From Chlamydiota bacterium (GTDB taxonomy: Bacteria > Chlamydiota > Chlamydiia > Chlamydiales > JABDDJ01), in assembly GCA_013287645.1 (NCBI GenBank), contig JABDDJ010000001.1, positions 28,419 through 92,418 on the forward strand: a stretch of 64,000 nt of DNA. The letters are read 5' to 3'. The notes below the pieces were generated by a model. It worked only from the letters and a program-made list of their open reading frames with translations. It made no database searches and was not told the DNA's origin. Position numbers and translations under genes: made by a program. Below, piece after piece: positions 18,222 through 28,900 of this stretch (position 1 is the first letter of the stretch; each line of letters opens with the position of its first letter).

Positions 18222-19682
18222 ATGACGATTATTGGCCGAGAACACGAACAGAAGCAACTTAAAAAATTTCTAAAATCTAATAAAGCAGAATTTGCTGCTA
18301 TTTATGGGAGAAGAAGAGTAGGTAAAACATTTCTGATTAGAAAGTTTTTTGAAGAAAAACCATGCATATTTTTTCGGTCTTCTGGCATTCATAATGGAGC
18401 TCTAAAAAGCCAGTTAGACAAATTTAAAAAAGAAATAGAAAACACATTTTATAAAAATCGTAAAGGAGCTAGATTATCAACATTTTCAAATTGGCATCAT
18501 GCATTTGAAGCATTAACAGATGGAATTGAGCTATTCGCAGGAAAACAAAAAGTTATTATATTTTTAGATGAAATCCCATGGATGGCTACTCCAAAATCAG
18601 GTTTGTTAGAAGCACTTGATTACTATTGGAATCGACATTGGTCAGAAGACCCAAGAATAAAACTTATTATCTGTGGATCAGCAGCCTCATGGATTATTGA
18701 CAATGTATTACATAATACAGGCGGCTTACACAACCGAGTAACTTTAAGATTACCTCTCGAGCCTTTTACATTGTCTGAAACAAAAGCTTATTTGAATTAT
18801 AAAAATGTTCACTATACCAATGAACAAATACTAACCCTATATATGTGTCTTGGAGGAATTCCTTTTTATCTTGATTGTATTGAAAAAGGATTATCAGCAA
18901 TTCAAAATATTAATAATATTTGTTTCCTTAGAAAAGGAACCCTATACGATGAATTTAGTTTATTATTTGCATCTTTGTTTAAAACACATGGTATACATGA
19001 AGAAATCATTGTATTTATAGCAAGTAAAAGAGAAGGAGTAAGTAGAAGTGAGATTGAATCCAATTTTATATTTAAAGGTGGCCGATTAACAGAAAGATTA
19101 AAAGAATTAGAAGAAGCCGGCTTTATCATTGCGTTTACTCCTTGGAAAAGAGAAAGAGGAATTTATTATAAAATTATCGATGAATATACTTTATTTTATT
19201 TAACCTGGATTGCTCCACGATCAGCAAACCGTCTTTCGAAAAATATTGACGATCGATATTGGGAAATATTGTCAAGCAAACCATCATGGAGAGCATGGTC
19301 TGGATATGCTTTTGAATCAATTTGTTTTAAACATGTAAATCAGATTAGAAAAGCTCTTCATATTCCTGATGGATCGGACGTTTCTTCTTGGAGGCATATA
19401 CCTGAAAAAGACGAAGAGGAACCTGGAGTTCAAATCGACCTTATTTTTGATAGACCTGATGGAATAGTTAATCTTTGTGAGATTAAATATTGTCTTTCGC
19501 CATTTATCATTGATAAAAAATATGCATCACTTTTGCTTCTTCGTGAGAAAACATACTGTAAAGTCACAAAAACAAATAAACAGATATTTCATTCAATGAT
19601 TGTGTCTGGAGGATTAAAGAAAACAATGTACAGTGAAGAAATTATTTCATCGTATGCAGTGCTAAGTGATTTTTTTAAATAA
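18222..19682 (+). CDS. AAA-type ATPase of the 'archaeal ATPase' + DUF234-like family
   Basis: Walker A YGRRRVGKTF, Walker B VIIFLDEIPW and a long C-terminal winged-helix/nuclease-like tail. The track start 18210 is TTG; ATG 18222 follows the ggag RBS. Very AT-rich (12 G+C in nt 18421-18480). Confidence 0.8.
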   Translation: MTIIGREHEQKQLKKFLKSNKAEFAAIYGRRRVGKTFLIRKFFEEKPCIFFRSSGIHNGALKSQLDKFKKEIENTFYKNRKGARLSTFSNWHHAFEALTDGIELFAGKQKVIIFLDEIPWMATPKSGLLEALDYYWNRHWSEDPRIKLIICGSAASWIIDNVLHNTGGLHNRVTLRLPLEPFTLSETKAYLNYKNVHYTNEQILTLYMCLGGIPFYLDCIEKGLSAIQNINNICFLRKGTLYDEFSLLFASLFKTHGIHEEIIVFIASKREGVSRSEIESNFIFKGGRLTERLKELEEAGFIIAFTPWKRERGIYYKIIDEYTLFYLTWIAPRSANRLSKNIDDRYWEILSSKPSWRAWSGYAFESICFKHVNQIRKALHIPDGSDVSSWRHIPEKDEEEPGVQIDLIFDRPDGIVNLCEIKYCLSPFIIDKKYASLLLLREKTYCKVTKTNKQIFHSMIVSGGLKKTMYSEEIISSYAVLSDFFK

Positions 19683-19927
19683 ATCTTGTTTAGGACACTT
19701 TTTTGCGATTTTTACCAGCGAGATTCCAACCCAGGATCATGAATATTTTAATGCGAGTTAAGGAATTTCAGAAAGCTATTGAAGAAATTTCTTCGATTTC
19801 TCATATTCTCTCACTGAACCCACTGGCTCAGTGGTGGATTTGTGCATTAAACTTTCCGTAACTTACTTAATCTTTTCTTAACAATTGATAGATATAATTA
19901 CACTACTTATAATTAAAAAATTATCTT

Positions 19928-22900
19928 ATGAAAATTGCATCTGCTAAAACACTTATTAATTTAATCCCAAAAAAACAAACGATTAATGATGCAACATTTG
20001 ATCTATTTATTCCTACTTATATAGGAAATAACGCGATAAAAAAGAGTACTATTCGCGGTACTGTTGTTAACTTTTTTAGAGGTTTAGAGACCGAAGATGC
20101 TCTACGCAAAAGAGTTAAAAGCATTTTTGCCGAGGCAATAAACACTCTCTACGAAGATAAAGAGAACCATCTTAAGGGAATTGATGGAACCGTCGTCCGA
20201 AATCTCACGGCTCTCCTTCGCAAAGAAAAATATATCAACAGAGAAATAGAGTACCCCGAAGATGTCACTCCTCCAGAGCCACCCACTCAGCCTGAGTTCG
20301 ATCAACTCAAGACAATGTCTAGTGAAAAGACAGCTAAAGCTCGGGAGGCTACTCTTAAAAATTCTATTTTACGTTCTAATGTCGAAGATTATGACATTTC
20401 ACCCTCTCTTCTTGAAGATCTATTTAAAGGAGAGTTAACCGATCTATCCTTAAAATATCTGTCTCACTTCCTTTATAACCCTCAAAATCCGGAAGAGTTT
20501 GCCTTACGCTATATCTTTATTGACGCAGCTCGCGCTAAAGCTGAGGAGCGAAGAGAGGCTTTTGGAAAAGGAACTGCATTAAATACTCTTGCTGAACAAT
20601 GTAAAACTCTTGCAGAAAGTGATCTGAAAAATCCTGGCGATCGCTGGATGCTTTGTGGAGGCTATGGTCAACATATTGGCTCCATTGAAAGCCTCTTTAA
20701 ATTCTTAAGGATATTCCCCGAAGATGTTAGAAATTCTCTCCCAGCTCCTTTTCCACAACTTCTGCAGCTAGATAAACTGCCAAATCCTGAAGAGTTTGCC
20801 AAGATGGCGCTCGATCAAACATTGACAGAACTTTCTCCCCTTCTTCCTGGTATCAAAACGATTTTTGGAAATGAAACGCTTAGTCCTATTTTTCATGATA
20901 ATTCCCGTGCATTGCCCAAATTAATTTCCAAGTTAATTCCACATTTCTTATCTACACCTATGGATAACTGGATGAAGGAGGGCTTCTTAAAACAGATTTC
21001 AGCTTTCTTACCCCCAGATAGCGCTGACATTCTAGACTGGATAGCCTCTAACAGATCTACTTTCCTATCTTCTGATCAACGGGATAAAGCCATTCAAGAA
21101 CTTGAAAATAAGATTTCACAAGCCTTCTTTGTACAGCCTTCCAATCATGCTATGGAAAAACTTGATAGGTCTGTTGTCCAACTACTTCAGGGAATTTCTT
21201 CCCTTCCAGAACCTCTTCTTGAGCATGCAAATCTCGAAGTTTTTTTTAAAAATGGATCGATATGGCTAGAATTTATAAAGCAGGCCAATGGTAATTTAAC
21301 CCTCGAAGTTTATGCTTCAGGCACGGCATTAAATTATCATCAATGTCAAGAAGGTATTAAATGGCCACTACGCATTACTGACATTGATCCGAATAAGCTA
21401 ACTATCGACTTCTTTCAGCGTATGCTTTGGCATACTCTTGAACCATTAAAGAAGCCAGATGCCAGTTCACGTGCTAAAGACATCTATCTTCAGGGTACCT
21501 TAGATACTCTCGAAGGAAAAATTGCTCCTAGTTATCCTGAAGAAATCCTTTCACCTCATGAACGATTGTCAAATGAGCTTTCTATTGCTTTGGCTAATTT
21601 GGACTATTCCAAGTCTTCTCCTACTTATATGCAGTTTTGTCTCCGCTTAAATGCTCTCATGCAATTTTGTAAGCCACGGCTAACAGGCGAGAACCAGTCA
21701 CTTGAAATAAAAGATGCAAAGTCAGCCCGAGCTGTAGAAATTGCCATCGATACCCTTTTAGAAGATCTGCAAAAACTCCCTGATGAGCAGCAGCAACATC
21801 TCAATCTCAAAACCAATTTGATCGCAACGCGTCAAGAAATCGAAGCTGCAGTCACGAAGTTCCGTCAAGAAGAAAAACGCAATATCGTTTTAGAAAATCA
21901 TGCCCTTGTGATTCCAAAAAGGCTCCTTAAACAGATCAAAAAACTATTAAAGAAGTCTGGCTTAACGGTTGAATCCATTGAAAGAGCCAAGCCCTTTCTC
22001 TGTAGTTATTTAGGAAATGAGGTTGGAGAACTCTTCGATGTTGTGATTGAAACTTTAAAAAAAGATAAAATAGCTAAGGCATTAAAACCTAAAGAAACAA
22101 CGCCTAAAACGAAGCCTACTGTTGAAACTGCCTACTCACGTAGCGGATGGATGCGTAAGGTGGTTTCTAATACCTATTTTCAAACAACGTATCAAATATT
22201 CAATGCTCTCTGGTTTATCTATAAGATCTATAGCGGAAGCGCCACTCTAGCGCTTTTACTTACCTGGTCTCATTGGTGCCTCAAAAAAACTCTGCCTGCT
22301 CCGGTTTATGATTGGTATGTTCTGTCTGTAAATAAATTTATTGAATTACTGGCTTGGAGCGTGGGTGGATTAACCGCTATTTCCCTTTTCTTAGTGGATG
22401 AGTTAAAGAAATTTCATTCCATCTCAAAAGAATGGCAGCATCTTCTACAAAATTGGACAAAAACACTCAATGCTACCCAGCAAATCCACTATGATGCCGA
22501 TCAGAGAATCATTGGAAATAATATTTCTTTTAAAAGCGGAGTCAGTCAAATCCCCTTTGATCTCAAAAAGCAAACCGTAAAATTGAAGCAGCATATTCCA
22601 CAATTGATCTCAAAGCCTTTCAAAGATGTAAATGAAGTTGTTGACAGATTAAGAGCAATAAAAGAAGAGATGAATAAAGCTCCAACGTTTGGAAACTATC
22701 TTGCACTGCTTAATATTGCTGAGAATCTACCTATACCTGGAACGTTATCCGTCGGTGACTTCTGGTGGGGTTCCAATGAATTTGAAGCAATAGAGTTACT
22801 TAACGACCTAGCCATCAAACTGCATAATGATTTGCCCCATTTTAAAGAATCACAGGCATTAGTTAACAGAACCATTCTAGCGATGTACAGCACCCTAACT

Positions 22901-25900
22901 GTTGTTGATAGACTTGTAAAACAGTGTCCTGAAACAAACATTTTTGATGAGTCCATCAATGCCTATCCTCTCTTAGCTTTTGTCAATGGACATGGTAATC
23001 ATTTTGATAGCCCAGAACTACAAAAAAGACTGCGCGATGTTTGTGAATACTTCATGCCGGATATAAACATCGATCAACTGCCTACTGATCCATTCACTGA
23101 CTCAACTATTTTAGAAAAAGTGCAAAATTCTTTGTTCGACTACTCGAAAAAATCTACGCTTGATTACTTTTTTAATCGACAGGCCCTTCCAGAAGCGAAA
23201 TATTTACTTGATATTTCTAAAAAATGCGATTTTTCTTCTATTGGAATTCCAAAGGAGACCAATAATGAAACGAAACTCAATATTCTCTTTAACGAAAGCT
23301 TAGTATTTAACAGAAAAGATCCCCTCATTCCACGGCCCTTCAGCCTGCTGAAACTTCACACACTCCTCGCTAACCGAATCATCACTCTAGTGGGTTCAGA
23401 ACATAGCTGGGACAAACTCACACCCTGTCTCTTAAAAGACCCTAACGTTAAGCCTCCTGAACCTAATGAATATTTATCCAAAAGGTATACAGCTGCTCTC
23501 TATGAAACACTAAAGCCTCTCCAACAGGCCAACTTTATCCCCAAAAACCATCCTAATAAAGACAGCTCATTCTTTACCGATGCTAAGACATGGTCAGACT
23601 TTAGAAATGGATTAAGAACTCAGTCTGAAATCAATATCTCTTCGAAGGGACGACCTTCTCTCTTCCAGGAAGAAACTCCTGAAACCGATGAAGTCTCAAA
23701 AGCCTTCGAATCGATCTTTGTCGAGAAAAATGACCAGCCTCTACGCTTTTTTGATTTTATTTCCGAATATGCCCTAAAGCTGCCTGAAGACCCCTTTCAA
23801 AGCAAATTAAATGAACCTTTAGAGTCAGCCTTATTTGCTTATGGCATAATGGATAAGCATTTGTCACTCTCTCCTCACTCTGCAGCCTATATAGCTAAGT
23901 TCTTTGATGAACAATTCGAGCGCATGTTCGAAGCCAAGCGCTATCTATGGTGCTTATGGCTAATAAGGATAGGATTACGTTTAAAACCTCTCGTGCTCAA
24001 GCATAACCCTGACGTTAAGTTTCCTGACTTTTACGCTCAAGCACAAAGAATCATCGCCACACAGAATAATCACAGCCCTCTGATTGGAATAGCTCTTAAG
24101 CTACAAGCGCTCTCTCTTTCTGACAAGGATCCTAAAGAATCCATTATGCTAGCCTTTACAAGGGCCCATTTCTATCCAGATGTGGCCTACAACTTCGTCG
24201 AATTCAACGAAAAATATGGCAAGTGGCTGCCCGAGATAAAAAAAGAAAAAGAAAAATTCTATTTGAATCTCTTAGAAGATAGAAACATTCCAGAAGAAGT
24301 ATTGAAATTTGAATTTAATTTCGAAACAGGCGTGATAAATGGACCTCCACAATATCACCTAGACACACATTATGCTATCGAAGAAAAAACCGCTGAAGTC
24401 TGTGAGGAAGGCAAAGAATTAATTAAAATGGGTAACGCCGCGAAGCCCGACGAAATTTACTATGAAGATCCCTTGGGCAAAATATCTGTCTATCCTAACT
24501 TCGAAAAAAATACGATTGTTATCAAAAAAAGATTTAATGGTATCCCCAACATCTGTAGGTATGTTAAGACCCAACTTCCTGATGGATTATTAACATTTGT
24601 AGATGGCAACAGAGAGCTCCTGAACTCTGCCAAATGCTGGCAAGAAGAGACCATAGAACCTATCAAAAGAATGCATATTGAGTTCTCAAATGGCAAGTCA
24701 ATCGAGATTGAAATCGATACCTCCGCATTTACAATGCCTATTGTGTTAGCCTCAAAAGATTCCGTTACCACATCATTAAACATCACTCAAAAACCATCCC
24801 TTTCTAAGAAAGAAGGCTATGAAGCTGTAAATATTTCTTTACAGGATAACCTCTTCAGAAAAGTTTTTGATCTTAGTCAAGCACAAATCGATCATGCTAC
24901 TTTTTGGCTAGAATCCACAGAGAGGCCATTAAAAAGATTACTTATTGTTTTAGCTAACAAGGAAACCTCCGCTTTTGAAGTCGAGCAAGTCCCCCTTAAA
25001 ATCACTAAAGTTAAGCTCTCTGATAGTAAAGAACTCACCTATATCCCCAACGAGTCAATCGCTCACTCACTAGCTCCAATAACACGTTTCTGCCCTAGAA
25101 AGAAAATTCACACTTGGGCAAGCAAAGACCCACTCATAGCTGACACCATCTTTCTAGAACCATTTAACGTTACTTTTAAAGTCCAGAATAACAAAGGAAA
25201 AATTCAAGCTGATTGTATTTCTCACTTCCCCAACCATCATATCGCCGAACAGCAGCTCCATCCCTCTCTTGAAGGCTTTTGCTCCTACCTACTTCTCAAG
25301 AATGAGCATGGCGACTGCAAAGTGATGTTCCCTGATGCACAATGGGTCACTGCTGGTCTCGCTAGCTTTCTACCAGGCGCAGGACTAGAAGGTTCCATCG
25401 CGCGCGCGCTTGAAAACTGGATGGGCATCCTTCAAGAAAAACAGATTTCGAATGTACAATCCTTTTTTACTTTCGATATTGATAAAAATGGACGGCTCAG
25501 AAGTGAAGATCCTTTTGCACTCATTTACCTTACCTGTCTATACATTCTCCAAGGAAAGGAAGATCAGGCTGAGTTTACCTGTAAAGAGCTTTTACGCATC
25601 TATAAGTCGACTCACTGCAACGTTGACCTAAATAAATTTTTATTTCCTCTTTCACTTATTCCGCCAAAATTCACTTTAGTCTCTCGCATCCGTCGTAAAA
25701 TATTTGCAGCAGTTGAAAAAAATCGTCGGGACGAAAAATTAAAGCAACCAGAAAATACTAATCATAAAACACTTGCAGCGTCTCTATTCGAATCTTTTAT
25801 TCCTATCTACGCCTGCTATGAAGATCTAAAAGCCAATAATTCCGAAACTCAAGCACGTTATAAACTCACCATAGAAGAAGAGTGGTACCTATATAATCAT

Positions 25901-28900
25901 CTCCTTGGTCATATAAAAAATTTGCTTGAAAGAGTAGCCGGCTTTACGCCTGCTCAGTTCAAAGCCATTGACGACAAATTTGGCTGGGATTCCGTTTTTA
26001 CTCTCTTAGGCTTTACAGACCTCTCTAACAGATACATATTCCTTAGAACTAAGTTTGGTAAAGAAATAGGAATTGGAAAATCCATCCTAAATACTGCTTT
26101 ACAAGCCGTACATACTCCTTCAAGCATTCCTTCACTCTTTTCGGATTTACCCCTTCCAGCCAGTAACATGGGTCAACGCATTTTTAATGACCTTCGTCAA
26201 ATTGCGCAAACTGCAGTCATGGATCGCTTTATGGGGATTAAAGCTCTTGAAAACGAAAAATTTTTCGAAACAATGGAAACTGATATCTGTGATTCAGTAC
26301 CTCTTGTACCAGGACAACTACAGTCAAATGTCTCACGCTACTTCTTAACGTATTACGCGATCGCTAAAGGCGAGCTAGGTATCGAGAAAAAAGAAAAATT
26401 AAGGTCTATCCTCCAAATCGACAAAGGAGGATATTCTCCAGCCTCACGCCAACTCATGGACTATCTTGAAAATGTCGTCAGTACACCGTGGGCCTTCCCT
26501 AAGCCTCCAAAATTAGCTAGCGCATTGAGTACAAAAGAACAAGAATTAAAATTAACTCAACAAGAACTAAAATTAATTCAAAAAATTCTTCAAGAATTAA
26601 AATTAAAGCTCTGTTCCGAATTTATTGAAACCATCCACTCTCGCTGTACAAAAAAATCTTACTTAGTCGGAGCCGGTAATTTTATCTATCATACTGCTTG
26701 CCACTTAGGCTTCTCACAAACAGTTGGACGCACAGTCAATAGCAGTGCCCCATCCGTCTTAGGATTCGGATTTACAACAGCTATGACATTGACTAATTTA
26801 GCGGTTCAGGGTACTTCCAAGATAATCAACGCCGTCAAAACCCAAAGAGAACAATCAGAGAAAAATGAAGCGCCACAACTGCCTGTAACGAACCCATCTT
26901 CAGAAGAGATTTCGTTCGATTATAACTTTTTACAAAAAGAAGACGATTATGTGGATTCTGTTTTAGATAATCTGTTCACTATCGCATTCGAAGAAAAAGA
27001 AATCACTAAAAGAAATAGTATCACTATTGATAGATTTCAATCCAAAGAGACATCTACCGAAGCATTTAAAGAAAAAATAAAAAATGCAAATGAGAGCCTA
27101 GACGAATACCACGATAGCAACAACTCTCCCAATGAAAAAGTCTTCCAGTATAAAGGTAAACAATTTCTTTGTAATTTACACACTTCACTATTAACCTTCA
27201 AAGAATCCCTACAAGCGCGCTTTGACGAACAAATATCTATTATTCATGCAGCCGCAAATCCCGAAGGGCAAAAGGTAAAAACTTCCTTTGAAATTATCAA
27301 AAAATGCCTTCTAAATAATTCCATTCTTCAGTTAGGAAAAGAAATTGGCCTATCGCCTGAAGAATCCATCAACCTAGAAAAATCTGTCCTGCGCTATGCC
27401 GTTTTAGGTAGTCGCCTAAATCAAATGATTAGAATTCTAACCCATTTCGATAAACTTAACTCCATAGACACAAAAAATCAGCGCGATGCTTATAGAAATA
27501 TCCTCTGTGATATCGCCTCAGAGTTAAAAACACGCCGTACTTACCGCTTTGACAACATTGCAGATAAACGCTTACTTAAACGCTTCGTGCTACTCGAATT
27601 CCTTGACAATATCCTCCTATGGGATAAACAGACCAAACCCATCACTGAAAGCATTCAAAATAAGGATAACAACTATGTACAGGTCGTTCTCCCCTCTCTT
27701 GGAAAATCAAAAGCTTTAATCCCTCTCTATAACTCCTACTGGACTGATGGGAAACACATCACTTTTGATATTTGCCCCGAAGCAATCTCTGGACCATTTA
27801 CTAGAGACAATAGCCGACAAGGATCACAAGTCTACGACCTCCCCACAAATATCCTTGACATCTCTCGCAAAACATCCACAGATCCCACTAAAATACATGG
27901 ACTAAAAACCCTTTTACATAGCGTAGAAAATAACCAAGAAACTATTAGCGCTACACCTGCAGAAATTCAAACCATTGAACTACTTCTTATCGATTACCTA
28001 GAACGCGCTGAACGGTTGCCAGCCGATTCTGAATTTGAAAGCTGCTTTAAAGTACTCCAGAAATCCAATACAAAGATCTATGAAAATGGCATCCTAATCG
28101 CAGATGAGATTCATGAACTCTCAGACCCTTATAAAAAACTGATCTACTCTCTTGGCCCAGCCTACACTCTTCCTAAATCTTACTACTTAGTCATGGAGAT
28201 GTGTATACAAGAACTCTTGAATCAGGATAAAGACAGCTCGTTTACAAATTCCATTCGCTCACATACTTCTAGAGGCTACCCTAAAGATAAATATAATGAT
28301 ATGGCTCTTCATGCAGCTGAGGAGCTCTCCAACTCCTATATTTTCGAACTCACATCCGAACAAAAACAAGACTTTATTCAGTATGTCTCAGGTATTGCCA
28401 AGATAGTTCCCGCTTGGATCAAAGAACATCCCATGAGTAACGAAATCACTATGGCTAAAGGAACTATAGCTACCCTTATTCCACATCTACTATCCCTCAG
28501 AGCCAATGTCGATTACGGTCCAAATAAACAAGGATGCGCTATTAGCTATGGCGGAAACATGCATCCTCTTCACAATCTCTTGTTTAAAAGTCCTTTTGGA
28601 AATACCCTTAAAAACTTTTTTATCTATCTCCATTCCACCCTTACCCATGAACAAGCAACTCAACTCTGGGATAAACTTAAGCCCTTTGTAGCCTCACTCA
28701 TTCCAAACGCAACGCCAGGTTCATCTGCATATAATTCCCTTAAAAAAATGCTGCCCGAAGAAACAATAAATCTTATTTTTAAAAATGGCATTGAAGCAAG
28801 CTACAAAAAAATCATTGAAAGCCTACAAAAACATCCTCAAGCAGGTCTCCTCTTCGTCCGATTCTTCATCAGCAATCAAGTTGTCTATTGGAAACGCAGC

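Noticed and set aside
19739-19861. 40-codon ORF (MNILMRVKEFQKAIEE...) in the gap between the ATPase and the giant gene.
   Set aside because: It is too short and has no RBS or motif. It could be a gene remnant, but I cannot support that.
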